Numbered from the stretch's first letter, positions 41,272 to 51,882 are shown. The stretch is DNA of 64,000 nucleotides from a virus (IMGVR_UViG_3300006217_000013:33555-97554); one strand, 5' to 3'. Translations and numbers: made by a program. The notes: a model not told the origin generated them from the sequence alone.

Positions 41272-44200
41272 ATAGTTAAAACAATTAACGGCGATTTAAC
41301 TGCTTTTGGAAAAACTTTATTGTCTATTAATAAAGAAATTGATAATACGTCAAAAGTAGCCAATTTGCAAATTGCTAACTTTAGTGGGCTTGGTAATAGA
41401 ATTGATGCTTATAATAATGTCACAGCAAAAAGTGCAGAAAAACAAGAACAATTACGCAATACTATCCCCATAGATACATTTCAAGCTTATACCCAAACTT
41501 TAGGAGATAATCAGGCAACTCTTGAAGGTTATCAAAAATATCTTGGTCAAACAGCCACTGGATTTGCAGGTGTGCGTAATGCAATCGCAAACTTCAACAC
41601 CATGCAATCAAAAGGCGTTGAACAGCAAAATGCATACGCACAGGCTATAGGGACAGGCAACACTCATTTAGGTCAGTATCTTACTAACCTAAACGGTGCA
41701 CAAGCCACTATGGGCGGATATATCTCCTCCCTATTCAAAGCAAAAGTTGCTACAATCGGTTTACAAGCTGCAAGCATAGCCCTTAACATGGCTCTCACAA
41801 TGGGTATATCCTTTGCTATACAGACAGCTATTAAAGCTCTCTCACATCTGTATAACATACAGGATAAACTTTCAGAGAAGACTAAGGAATTAACAAGCAA
41901 TATCAAGTCTGCTAATGATGAAATTAAGTCCAACAATAGCGAAATTGAAGACCTCAACAAAAAGTTAGATGAAAACGCAAGCAGATACGATGAACTCATC
42001 CGGAAAAAGCAGGAATCTGAACTAACCACAGAAGAAAGCAAAGAACTTGAGCATATCCAAAATATTAATGCTGAATTGCTTAACCAAAAGAACATCTTAG
42101 AGGAAAACAACCGCCTAAAGAAAGAACAAGCAGCACAAGACGCTCAGGATTTAGCAGAACTGTTATTAAAGCAAGAGAGCGTTTCTGTTGCTATGGATAG
42201 TTCTCAAGGCAAAATGCTTGAATGGCTCACAAACTTTGAGACTAAATACCTATTCCCTATTGCTAAAGGAGTAGATGCTATTTCTCAAGCAATGCACGCA
42301 CTTGGCTTGATTAGTGATGAAACTTATGAAAAAATAACTAATTTAACCAGTGGTAAATCAATTATATCTGCTATTTGGGGTGCTGATATAACACAGGATT
42401 CTGGCGACAGTATTGTTAAAAACTTTGAAAAAGCACAGGCTGAAATTGATAAGATACGCCATAGATACGGTGGAAAGATTGATTCTTCAACCAACCTTAC
42501 AAGCAAAGACGCTGAAACACTTAAAGAACAAAAGGCACTTATTGCGGGTTATGTAGAAGATATTCAACCGTTGTATCAGCAGATTGATAATTCTATCAAT
42601 GCTATTGAGGCTGATGAAGAATTGGCTTCTGCTAATAAAGAACAATTAGCAGAATTAAAAGCTATGCGTGATAGATACGCAGAAATTTTAGGCTATACAA
42701 AAGATATTTCTGACACATCATCTTCTGATGGAATATCTGGAAGCATACAAAAGACCAATAAAGGACTTAGTGATACTCAAAAGAAGCTTAGAGATATCGA
42801 GCGTTCAGAAGCTTTAACCAAACTAAAGTACCAGCTTGACCAACTACGCCTTCCTATTACCAAGGTTGACAATGCATTATCCCTACTCAATAATACGCTT
42901 GACCTTACAGCAGAGAACGATTACGAGACAAAACTTTACACAACGTCTCGTATGCTTGAATTGGCACAGCAGAAATCAGCGTTATTACGTGATGAATTTG
43001 CTCAGTTAGACGCACAGGAATACAGCAGTGCAGACACAGCAAACGAAATAGCCACTCGTATGAAGTCTGTTGCTGACAGCATTGCAGAAACAAACAAGGA
43101 TATTATCAATTATGGCAAGAACATAGCTGAGTATTACACATCTGCTTTAACGTCCGTTAGTTCGCTTTCTAAGACCACAATTGACGAAGCAACCAACTTA
43201 CTTGACCGTAACATCAAATCACTTTCTGAGGGCGGTTTGACAGGCTTACAGTTTAATCTATCTCCTACTATTCCTAAGTCCGCACTTGACAAGCAGAAAG
43301 AGCAAAATCGCAGTATGGAAACAGAAATGCAGTCATACTATGACACTATTGCTCAAATGCAAAAAGTGGCTCTTGATTTAGAATATCAGGAACAAATGCA
43401 GTCTTATGCAGAACAGAGGGCTGAATTAGATAATACCCTTAATAAGTCAAAGACCGAGATACAAAAAGCATCTAAGGACATTCAAACTGAAACAAAAGAG
43501 TTTACCAATGCCGAACAGACAACTTTAAACAATCTGCATGATTGGATTAGGAATAATCCTCTTGCTCCACCTGCTCTTGACAGTTCATGGAACGATAGGG
43601 TTACAGAGATTGAAGATTGGGCAAAAAGAGTTCAGCAAGCATTAGGTGGTATTTCATCAAGCCCTTGGTCAGATAGTGTGACAGGCATAAGTCCTAAGCT
43701 AAACAGTCAGAAAGTTCTGAACACTGCTGCTGCATTTAATGGTACTCCTTATGTATGGGGTGGCTCAAACCTTACTGATAAAGGACTTGACTGCTCAGGA
43801 TATATTTATCAAGTATTAAAGAAATTAGGTTATACAGGCGAAAGAACGACTGCTGACGGTTTCAGAAAAGTCGGTACTAAGATTAATAAGTCTGAAATGC
43901 AGACGGGCGACTTACTGTTCTTTGATTACGGACATGATGGCGAAGCTGACCATATAGGTATTTATGCTGGTAATGGTCAAATGTGGCATAGTTCAGGTAA
44001 TTCAAGCAATACGGCTGATAATCCGGGCAAAGGTGTCCATTTAGCCGACATTACTTCGTATTACGAAAAAGCCTTAATGCAAGTAAATAGAAACCCATAT
44101 GTTAAAGCATATGCTAAAGGCACAAAGGATTATGGCAACTTTGATGGCATCGCAGGTGAAAATAACAAACCAGAACTGTTAATAAACAAAGAAACAGGAG

Positions 44201-47200
44201 AGATAACAAGAATAGACTCCCCTACTCCTATTGATACCAGTAAAGTTGATGTAATGGGAGAAGAAGATACCGCAAGAATTGAAAAACATAAATACGCTAA
44301 AGGTACTCTTGACCCAATGGAGGTTGCGAAATACATTCGTTCATCATATCCTGAAATAACAGACAACGCCATTGCTGCTATTTTAGGTAATATTTATGCG
44401 GAATCAGGATTTAACCCCTATGCAAAAACAATTGAGGCTTACGGTGGTGGTGACAGTACACCTATAGCACGTTGGGGCTTATTCCAACTTGATGACACAC
44501 GTATTGCTAATTGGAGTAATATTGTAAACAGTGGGAATTGGCAAAAGCAAATAGATACTGCTCTTGCTGAAGGACGTTACCAGAATTCAGGAATGGGTTC
44601 TAATTCCAAGTATAATATGTGGCAGTATATCACTGACCCTTCAAAGAGTGCGAGTGAAATTGCGTCATTATGGGATAGTCTGTATGAGCGTTCAAGCGGT
44701 GAAGCAAGAGATAAACGCATAGACAAAGCCAATGAATATCTAAAACAGATGGCTGACAGTGACCTTGCCAACAATGTTTCTTCCATTGCTTCAGACACTT
44801 CTAACATCAAGGCAGACGTAGGAACTCGTATTAAAACACTTATCGAAGGCAGAACAAGTACAACCTCAACGAATACTAATATTGAAGACGGTCTTATAGC
44901 TTTTGTTGAGGAAAACCTTGTAAAAACAGAAGGTATTAACGATAGACTTATTGATGCTTTCAGCGCTATGGCAACCGTAGATGAAGAATATAAGGATAAA
45001 ATCAGCAGTCTAATACAAGACTTAAAGGACAATGCGGAGACATCTAACTACACCAATATACGCACTGAAATGTCAACCCTTGCTAAAGACTACGCTAACG
45101 CTATTACAGGTGAGCAGGTTAAGTACGAAGCTATTGCTATAAAAGAGCAGTTTGACATAGCTAAACAGACTCAAGATCTTGCTTTACAGTATTTCAATCA
45201 AAAGAAAGCAGAGGGTGCCACTGCCGATGAGTTGGCTGTTATTTCAGAGGGTTATGCCGAAATAACCAATACAATGCAGGAGTACAGTGACAAGTATGTA
45301 TCCATAATGTCAAGTTATACCGATTATCTTGTATCGGGTGCTGACAGAGAAATGAGAGCATTTAATGATCGCATTTCTTGGATAGATGACGCAAATAATG
45401 ACTTACAAGATGTCGCTGATAATGCTTCGTCTGTTGCAGAGAAAACCGAAGTTTGGGGCAAGATGATTGACAACTGCAATGATAAACAGGCACTTCTTGC
45501 CGATAAGATGGACAAGGCACATCAAGAAGCTGAAAACATACGTCACAGTGCTGAGTTTGCTCCTATAATGGAAGCCTTTGACACATATGCTTGGTTTGAC
45601 GCTGACGGTAATGCTACTGCTCAATTTGAAGCTGACCAAATGGCATTGAGCGAGGTTAATCCTGAACTTGTTCCGTTGCTTAACAGAGCATTTGAACTAT
45701 TACAGAAATATACTCAGGAATGGCGATCTGCAAATGACGAAACAAAAGACAATGCTAAATTTATAAAGAATATACAGCTTGAGCAAGCGAATGACAAAAT
45801 TGAACTTCAAGCAAAGGTTTATGACCAAATAAATAAACGCCTCGACTTACGTTTGAATAAAGAAAAGGCTATTACAAATGCTTTGCAGTCACATAATTCT
45901 TTTGTCCAATCTCTCAGAGACGCTCAATTAGAGTATGAGAGCGAGTTAATTGCCAATAAACATCTTGAGACTTATCTTGACCCACAGGCTAAGGAATTGC
46001 TGTTCAATGATAATGATTATAGCAATATAATTGCTGAAATGGATAGTATTCAAGCAGAAGCAACAAAGGCGTATAAAAAGTATCAGGCTGAAATCTCTAA
46101 ACTTGGTGACGAAGATTACTATAAAGAACAAAAGCTAACAGAAGCATACAATCAGCAAGTAGAAAAGCTGAAAGAGCGTTTAGAGGTTTCTAAGAAAGAA
46201 CTTGAAGTTACTAAGAAACAGCTTGAATATAAAAATACACTAAAAGAACGTGATACTCGTGTTATTCTTAGTGGTCGTACTATCAATATTGCTGACCCTG
46301 ACAAGTTGTACAATGTCGAATTGGCAATAGCAAAATCTGAAAAAGAACGTGACAACATACTACAAGATAATGTAGAAAATCAGCAAGTACGCAATATGGA
46401 AATGGAAAGTGCTGTTACTCAGGAATTAATTTCAGCGAATAATAAGTATGTTGAAACACTGCAGGCTCTTGATGATGACGAGAAGATACGTCATGCTGAA
46501 CAAATGGCGAGCACAGATGAGTTGGTTGCCTCATTGCATGCTTTAAGCACAGATTATGTTCATTTTCTTAATGATTATGAGTATAATTTTAGAACTCAAA
46601 TGGCAAGTTTCAGTGATATTGAATGGGGCAATAGTTATGATTACAACTACGACCATGCAGAAGGCCAGAAAAGATTTTGGGATATGCTTCTTGAAGCTGG
46701 TGAAATCTCATATGACCACTATCTGAAAATGTCTAATCGTAACGAAGACCAGAGAAATTCTAAAGTTACTTCTGACCCAATCAACAGTAAATATGCACCT
46801 CAAACAACTGAATATGGTGGTAAAACCTATTCTCCGCACTTTGGCATAAATGGTGATAAAGTTGTTTCTGATTATATGAACGCAAAGATAGATCTTTCAG
46901 AAGATTATTCTGCCGCTATGGAAGAAATAATATCTAAGGTGAATAGTCAAGGGGGTAAATATACTCAGGCTGAAAAAGAAGAATTGCAACGCCTTGAAAG
47001 TCTGCGTAACCGTAAAATCTTTAATGAAGGATTAGAGTATGAGCAGACTAACGCTTGGGGCGGTGTAATCTTTGGTGAAACAGATAAGTATAATCTTATG
47101 TCTTCATCTCAGAAAATGCGTAAATTCTGCGAAGAAAACGCAGGCTTGACTGAACTTGAAGAAAGAACTCTTGACATAACCGAATATTACGGTGCTCAGG

Positions 47201-47772
47201 AAACTGAAATATTGAATAATCAGTCATTATCAGCAGAAGAAATTAGCGAAAAACTTGACAATCTTCATGACGACTTATTAGACGCATTAACCACAATAAG
47301 CAGACAAAGCATTGCCGATTCTAATTATGATATCAGTAACCTTCCACCCGTAGGTTCTATTGCTCCTCCCTCTTCTCAAACACCTCATTATGCTTCCGGC
47401 ACAAAACATGCCAAAGGAGGTCTTGCTGTTACTGATGAGGAAGGCTATGAGGCTAAACTGCGTGAGATACAGGCAGGTCGTTATACGCTGTTAAAAGAGG
47501 AAGATATGATATTCAGCGCAGCAGATACAAATAAACTATGGGAATTGGTGAACAATCCACGTACATTCTTATCTGAGCAAATGAAAAATATGACCTCTCC
47601 CACTCTTCCACAGATAAATAATATTCAGAACGACAATAGAAGCGTTGTAAATAACCGATTTGACTTTGGCGGTGTGGTTGTTGAACATGCTGTTGACGCT
47701 GACGACCTTGTTGGCTCTCTTGTTCAGAAAGCAAGCAGCAGAAGTGATATTACAAATAATATGAGAGTGTGA
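41272..47772 (+). CDS. tape measure protein, exon 2, with NlpC/P60 peptidase and phage tail lysozyme-like domains
   Basis: Long coiled coil; TPYVWGG..GLDCSG..HIGIY (NlpC/P60, about 43710-44100); AAILGNIYAESGFNP (about 44320-44750); frame open from 41272 (IVKTINGDL..); no convincing SD before TTG 41320. Confidence 0.88.
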   Translation: MVKTINGDLTAFGKTLLSINKEIDNTSKVANLQIANFSGLGNRIDAYNNVTAKSAEKQEQLRNTIPIDTFQAYTQTLGDNQATLEGYQKYLGQTATGFAGVRNAIANFNTMQSKGVEQQNAYAQAIGTGNTHLGQYLTNLNGAQATMGGYISSLFKAKVATIGLQAASIALNMALTMGISFAIQTAIKALSHLYNIQDKLSEKTKELTSNIKSANDEIKSNNSEIEDLNKKLDENASRYDELIRKKQESELTTEESKELEHIQNINAELLNQKNILEENNRLKKEQAAQDAQDLAELLLKQESVSVAMDSSQGKMLEWLTNFETKYLFPIAKGVDAISQAMHALGLISDETYEKITNLTSGKSIISAIWGADITQDSGDSIVKNFEKAQAEIDKIRHRYGGKIDSSTNLTSKDAETLKEQKALIAGYVEDIQPLYQQIDNSINAIEADEELASANKEQLAELKAMRDRYAEILGYTKDISDTSSSDGISGSIQKTNKGLSDTQKKLRDIERSEALTKLKYQLDQLRLPITKVDNALSLLNNTLDLTAENDYETKLYTTSRMLELAQQKSALLRDEFAQLDAQEYSSADTANEIATRMKSVADSIAETNKDIINYGKNIAEYYTSALTSVSSLSKTTIDEATNLLDRNIKSLSEGGLTGLQFNLSPTIPKSALDKQKEQNRSMETEMQSYYDTIAQMQKVALDLEYQEQMQSYAEQRAELDNTLNKSKTEIQKASKDIQTETKEFTNAEQTTLNNLHDWIRNNPLAPPALDSSWNDRVTEIEDWAKRVQQALGGISSSPWSDSVTGISPKLNSQKVLNTAAAFNGTPYVWGGSNLTDKGLDCSGYIYQVLKKLGYTGERTTADGFRKVGTKINKSEMQTGDLLFFDYGHDGEADHIGIYAGNGQMWHSSGNSSNTADNPGKGVHLADITSYYEKALMQVNRNPYVKAYAKGTKDYGNFDGIAGENNKPELLINKETGEITRIDSPTPIDTSKVDVMGEEDTARIEKHKYAKGTLDPMEVAKYIRSSYPEITDNAIAAILGNIYAESGFNPYAKTIEAYGGGDSTPIARWGLFQLDDTRIANWSNIVNSGNWQKQIDTALAEGRYQNSGMGSNSKYNMWQYITDPSKSASEIASLWDSLYERSSGEARDKRIDKANEYLKQMADSDLANNVSSIASDTSNIKADVGTRIKTLIEGRTSTTSTNTNIEDGLIAFVEENLVKTEGINDRLIDAFSAMATVDEEYKDKISSLIQDLKDNAETSNYTNIRTEMSTLAKDYANAITGEQVKYEAIAIKEQFDIAKQTQDLALQYFNQKKAEGATADELAVISEGYAEITNTMQEYSDKYVSIMSSYTDYLVSGADREMRAFNDRISWIDDANNDLQDVADNASSVAEKTEVWGKMIDNCNDKQALLADKMDKAHQEAENIRHSAEFAPIMEAFDTYAWFDADGNATAQFEADQMALSEVNPELVPLLNRAFELLQKYTQEWRSANDETKDNAKFIKNIQLEQANDKIELQAKVYDQINKRLDLRLNKEKAITNALQSHNSFVQSLRDAQLEYESELIANKHLETYLDPQAKELLFNDNDYSNIIAEMDSIQAEATKAYKKYQAEISKLGDEDYYKEQKLTEAYNQQVEKLKERLEVSKKELEVTKKQLEYKNTLKERDTRVILSGRTINIADPDKLYNVELAIAKSEKERDNILQDNVENQQVRNMEMESAVTQELISANNKYVETLQALDDDEKIRHAEQMASTDELVASLHALSTDYVHFLNDYEYNFRTQMASFSDIEWGNSYDYNYDHAEGQKRFWDMLLEAGEISYDHYLKMSNRNEDQRNSKVTSDPINSKYAPQTTEYGGKTYSPHFGINGDKVVSDYMNAKIDLSEDYSAAMEEIISKVNSQGGKYTQAEKEELQRLESLRNRKIFNEGLEYEQTNAWGGVIFGETDKYNLMSSSQKMRKFCEENAGLTELEERTLDITEYYGAQETEILNNQSLSAEEISEKLDNLHDDLLDALTTISRQSIADSNYDISNLPPVGSIAPPSSQTPHYASGTKHAKGGLAVTDEEGYEAKLREIQAGRYTLLKEEDMIFSAADTNKLWELVNNPRTFLSEQMKNMTSPTLPQINNIQNDNRSVVNNRFDFGGVVVEHAVDADDLVGSLVQKASSRSDITNNMRV

Positions 47773-47773
47773 T

Positions 47774-47811
47774 AAAATAGGACTGCTTATGTTTCTTAGC
47801 AGTCCTATTTT
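47774..47811. terminator. bidirectional terminator after TMP
   Basis: AAAATAGGACTGCT/AGCAGTCCTATTTT. Confidence 0.7.
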
Positions 47812-47856
47812 AACAAATAAAAGAAGGTGATAGTATGAATAATTCAAATATATTCT

Positions 47857-48267
47857 CTATTCCTCAACCTGCTCCCGAAATCCAATCTTACGTTTTGGCT
47901 CATTTGGAACAGGTTTTGGGGCAACTGTCAGTAGGAAATTCAACTGATGTATGTGCTGTATCAGCTCCAACGGCTTGCCATCTGTGCCCCTTCCGAAAAA
48001 GCAAATTAAATTGTTCCCAATGTAACCGATATTTGTAACAAGAATAGTTGTTGATTGGTGAAATTGAACTAACATTAAAGCGACATCATCTTTTTCAGGC
48101 AGATTTGATTGATATGTAATAATCTCATGATAGATGTGTTTTGCTATATGTTCTGCTGTGCTTAGTTGCTGAATTTCGGCAGCCTTAATAAGTTTTTGTT
48201 TATCACGAGCAACTTGGTCTAATTGTTGTTGCATTGATGGTGTTATTGGATTAAATTCTGAAAACAT
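47857..48267 (-). CDS. DUF6173-like protein
   Basis: ELIQHIHQLNFLL...PKRKIGF pattern. Confidence 0.7.
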   Translation of the reverse strand: MFSEFNPITPSMQQQLDQVARDKQKLIKAAEIQQLSTAEHIAKHIYHEIITYQSNLPEKDDVALMLVQFHQSTTILVTNIGYIGNNLICFFGRGTDGKPLELIQHIHQLNFLLTVAPKPVPNEPKRKIGFREQVEE

Positions 48268-48312
48268 ACTGCCTCTCCTTACAAATTTAAAGTCTTCATA
48301 CGGCTCATTCCT

Positions 48313-50523
48313 TTAAAACAATCCTTCTATACTACCGCATATCGGCTTCATACCACCAAGTTTATCCCATAAGAATACCTTATATGAACAAGCCTGAGTG
48401 TCACATGATACAGTTATTGTACCGTTTATTGCGTTGGCGTTCCCAATGCCAAGCAAACAGCCTTTATCATCATACACAGCGGCAATAAATTTATCGTTTG
48501 GTAACAAATCAATATTACATGACACAGCATTGAAGACATATGAGCCGTTTGAATATTGCGGAGTATTGTTTAGTTTGATATATTTACCACCCCTAACAAC
48601 CGTGACTGTATACGTTCCGTCTTCATAATCCGCAACATCTTTTACATCAAAAACGATTTCCGTTTGTTCTCCTGTCAATGAGAATTCCTGCGGAAAGCCT
48701 GATAGCATTAGATTATCGTTAGCATAAACAGTTCCAACAGGTGCGGATACTGTGAAAGAAACAGACTGGGCGGTTCCATCAACATAAACAGTATAATTTC
48801 TATTATTAGATGAAAATGTCTTATCCCAACTCCCTATATCAGATGTTATATTAGAAACAGTCGCATAAGCGTGAACTGTAATTTTTTTTCTATCAGACGC
48901 ATTTCCATCCGCTGATTTGGCAATTATGGTAACTGTACCCTTTCTCTTTGCAGTGAGCAATCCGCTTTGTGAAATTTCAGCGATGTCATTATCATCGACT
49001 GACCATATAACATTCTTGTTTGTTGCATATTCGGGTGTTATTATAGCTGAATACTGATATGAGCCGTATATCTCACTATCACCTTTTATTTGCAGGCTTG
49101 ACACAAGGCATGGACTAACTATGATAGGCTGTTCCTCCAAACGGTCAACAGCACAGCTTACACCCTCAGCAGTATTAAGCGTCGCATTTGATATGCTAAT
49201 TGTGCCGTTTACGGGAGAAATATTCCGAGATACGTCAAAAACCAAGTCAAATGGATTAACAAGAGTATTTGCGTCAGCGCTTTCATTGCTTGAATATTGG
49301 CACAGTACACGAACAGTTGTTATATTTCCACTTGTCTGTGGCTCACCGCTCTTTTGGACTATTGAAAAATCCTTTGCTAAGACGGATTTCAACTGCAAAT
49401 ACGATGGATATCGAATTTCAAAGACGGCAGAACGTATCTGTTTGTCTGACGTAAAATAAACACCCTCTATTATGTCTGTATCGCCTATAGAAACATACTT
49501 ATCCCCTATTATTTTTGTTGTATTAGGCATTGGCGTTGGTGTAGGTGTTGGTGTGGATATATCACCGTTGTAATGTATTGTTGCTCTTGTCAAATTATCA
49601 TTTCCAGACATTATATTAATAGTATTCCACTGTGTTTTTGTACCTCTGTAATATATATCCGTAAGATTGGTACACCATGAAAATGCCCAACTGCCGATAC
49701 TTGTTACACTATCAGGGATTGTTATGCTTGTTAAGCTACTGCAATATGAAAACGTCGCTTCTCCAATGCTTGTTACACTATCGGGGATTGTAATACTTGT
49801 TAAGCCTATGCAATCACTAAATGCATAGGCTCCTATGCTTGTTACACTATCGGGAATTGTTATATCTGTTAAGCTTGTACATTTTCTAAATGCCCCTTCA
49901 CCAATGCTTGTTACACTGTTAGGTATTGTTATACTTGTTACACTGCTACAACTCCAAAATGCATTATTGCCAATGCTTGTTACACTATCAGGAATTGTTA
50001 TATCTGTCGCTAATTCGTTATTTATATATAAATTTGCAAAACATGATGGGTTTGAATTAGCATCCTCAAAATCAATATTGCACCAAGCAGATAAATCCAA
50101 TATATATACATCTCTAAGCCTATCGCAACCATAAAACGCACTGAAACCAATGCTTGTTACACTATCGGGAATTGTAATACTTGTTAAGCCTATGCAATCA
50201 TAAAATGCCCTATAGCCAATACTTGTTATGCTATTAGGAATTGTTACATTGATTAAGTTTTCGCAGCCATAAAACGCAGCCTCACAAATGCTTGTTACTC
50301 CGTTCTCTATGACAACAGATTTTATTTTTTCACGTTCACTATACCAAGAACTGTCTTCCATATCTCCCGTACCGCTTATAGTAAGTGTCCCCTCAGAATC
50401 AAGCGTCCATGTTACATTGTCACCGCACATTCCTTCTCTTATAATTGTAGACGCGTTTGCACAAATAGTAGCAGAAAATAATACAGCCAGCACAAATCCT
50501 GTTATAATAATAAATCGTTTCAT
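48313..50523 (-). CDS. secreted BspA-type leucine-rich-repeat surface protein with Ig-like (Big_2) and other beta-sandwich domains
   Basis: Signal peptide; 23-aa [17 protein letters not shown] repeats; PT linker; NKNVIWS...G.LTA...G.V.I.A. Confidence 0.88.
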   Translation of the reverse strand: MKRFIIITGFVLAVLFSATICANASTIIREGMCGDNVTWTLDSEGTLTISGTGDMEDSSWYSEREKIKSVVIENGVTSICEAAFYGCENLINVTIPNSITSIGYRAFYDCIGLTSITIPDSVTSIGFSAFYGCDRLRDVYILDLSAWCNIDFEDANSNPSCFANLYINNELATDITIPDSVTSIGNNAFWSCSSVTSITIPNSVTSIGEGAFRKCTSLTDITIPDSVTSIGAYAFSDCIGLTSITIPDSVTSIGEATFSYCSSLTSITIPDSVTSIGSWAFSWCTNLTDIYYRGTKTQWNTINIMSGNDNLTRATIHYNGDISTPTPTPTPMPNTTKIIGDKYVSIGDTDIIEGVYFTSDKQIRSAVFEIRYPSYLQLKSVLAKDFSIVQKSGEPQTSGNITTVRVLCQYSSNESADANTLVNPFDLVFDVSRNISPVNGTISISNATLNTAEGVSCAVDRLEEQPIIVSPCLVSSLQIKGDSEIYGSYQYSAIITPEYATNKNVIWSVDDNDIAEISQSGLLTAKRKGTVTIIAKSADGNASDRKKITVHAYATVSNITSDIGSWDKTFSSNNRNYTVYVDGTAQSVSFTVSAPVGTVYANDNLMLSGFPQEFSLTGEQTEIVFDVKDVADYEDGTYTVTVVRGGKYIKLNNTPQYSNGSYVFNAVSCNIDLLPNDKFIAAVYDDKGCLLGIGNANAINGTITVSCDTQACSYKVFLWDKLGGMKPICGSIEGLF
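49640..50310 (-). repeat. 69-bp tandem coding repeats (LRR_5)
   Basis: Recurrent ATGCTTGTTACACTATC..GAATTGT units. Confidence 0.85.
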
Positions 50524-50648
50524 TTTTTACTCCTTCTTTTTTGTTGTATATGAAAATCATACCATAAATATGTTAAAATTACAATAGGACAGTATCACGT
50601 AAAGGACAATAAAATATGCTGAAGTATTTAGCAACCCTTTTTCCCTAC

Positions 50649-51578
50649 TTAGATCCAATCCTTAACGTCAACCATCTTATAAAACTTTGTTACCTCAATA
50701 CCAAGGTCAAAAGTCATATACTGCAATGTTTCTAAATAAGGAACAAATTTCTTTATAGGCGTATCGGACTTACCAATCAAATCAAGCATAGAGCTTAAAG
50801 CTGTAGCCATATTTTTTAGTTCCGATAACTTATTGTACGCTGATAGGTCTTTGCTGACTGTGACATAGTATGGTTTGTTATCCTCTTTTTTCTCGGGCAA
50901 TGCCATACAAGATGCATTTTTAAAACATTCAATATTGTCTGCTTTGCAATTAAGTATCTGAGCAAGTTTAATGCAGCCTTTATAGTTTAATAGTATCAGA
51001 TGTGGCAGTTTCTTATTGCACCTTGTATTGAGATACTTGAACTGCTGTAATTCAGTGCCTTCTAATAGATAGTATTCATCATTCTTTTTTAATGAATTGT
51101 TTACATAGTAATTAACTGTCGCTTGGCTTATACCTGTGAAGTATTCAAAGTCTTTTATGGTAATGACCTTTTCACCGTTCCAGAACTTATCAAAGTAAGT
51201 TGGTTCGTTTTGTACGGTTGGCTTTTGTCTGAAATATGAGTTGACAAGTTCCCTTTGTACAGTCCAAGCCAAATCGTCTGTGAATGACTTTACCAGCATT
51301 AAATAGCCTGTTTCTGTTATGAGGACAACATCTTGATGTGTCTTTGGTGAAATACTCATAATTTTGTTTGTCCGAATTTCGGACGCACAAACTTTGTAAT
51401 AGTCTTCACCCTGTATAAAGTGTGTTCTGTTGTCATTGAAGCGTTTTCTTGCCGTGCCGTTTGGTCTGTTATGTACGGTATCAATATCTTTGAGTGTAAC
51501 TACACGCTGACCGTCATACTCCTTGATTTGTAATAGTTGGTTATTTACCATTAATGTTGCTTTGTTTAAATCTTTCAT
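50649..51578 (-). CDS. ORF6N-domain antirepressor-like protein (close paralogue of 36654-37577)
   Basis: Long identical peptide blocks; same C-terminus FYKMVDVKDWI. Confidence 0.85.
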   Translation of the reverse strand: MKDLNKATLMVNNQLLQIKEYDGQRVVTLKDIDTVHNRPNGTARKRFNDNRTHFIQGEDYYKVCASEIRTNKIMSISPKTHQDVVLITETGYLMLVKSFTDDLAWTVQRELVNSYFRQKPTVQNEPTYFDKFWNGEKVITIKDFEYFTGISQATVNYYVNNSLKKNDEYYLLEGTELQQFKYLNTRCNKKLPHLILLNYKGCIKLAQILNCKADNIECFKNASCMALPEKKEDNKPYYVTVSKDLSAYNKLSELKNMATALSSMLDLIGKSDTPIKKFVPYLETLQYMTFDLGIEVTKFYKMVDVKDWI

Positions 51579-51605
51579 TATACACATCTCCTTTGTCATT
51601 AAATC

Positions 51606-51635
51606 TTGACAAAAGACTGCTATCTGTGGTACAAT
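51606..51635 (+). promoter_or_regulatory. antisense sigma-A promoter between RHH and ORF6N genes
   Basis: TTGACA-18-TACAAT with extended TG. Confidence 0.6.
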
Positions 51636-51708
51636 AAATTTGATAGACAAGTCTCTTGTCTTGGTGTAAATAACGATGCTTGTTTCACTTCCTACGGTGC
51701 GAGTATCG

Positions 51709-51882
51709 TTATTTTCGTTTGTTCAATAATTCCATAATAGCTTCCCTAATAACCTCGGCTCTTTTCTTACCTACCGATTTACAATAGTCGTCAAGCCTTT
51801 GACCTGTTATATTGTCTAATCGTATTGTAAAGCGTTGTTCTTTAGGATTGTCTATCTTTGGTCGCCCTGTGCGTGGACTCAC
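51709..51882 (-). CDS. ribbon-helix-helix regulator
   Basis: SPRTGRPKIDNPK..RFTIRLD...L..YC....RAEVIR; SD GGAGGTG before GTG. Confidence 0.8.
   Translation of the reverse strand: MSPRTGRPKIDNPKEQRFTIRLDNITGQRLDDYCKSVGKKRAEVIREAIMELLNKRK

Noticed and set aside
41320-47772. Independent 2150-aa gene starting at TTG 41320
   Set aside because: No convincing SD, and the frame extends to the predicted splice site at 41272.
49640-50310. CRISPR-like repeat array
   Set aside because: The repeats are 69-bp in-frame LRR coding units with no unique spacers and no cas genes.
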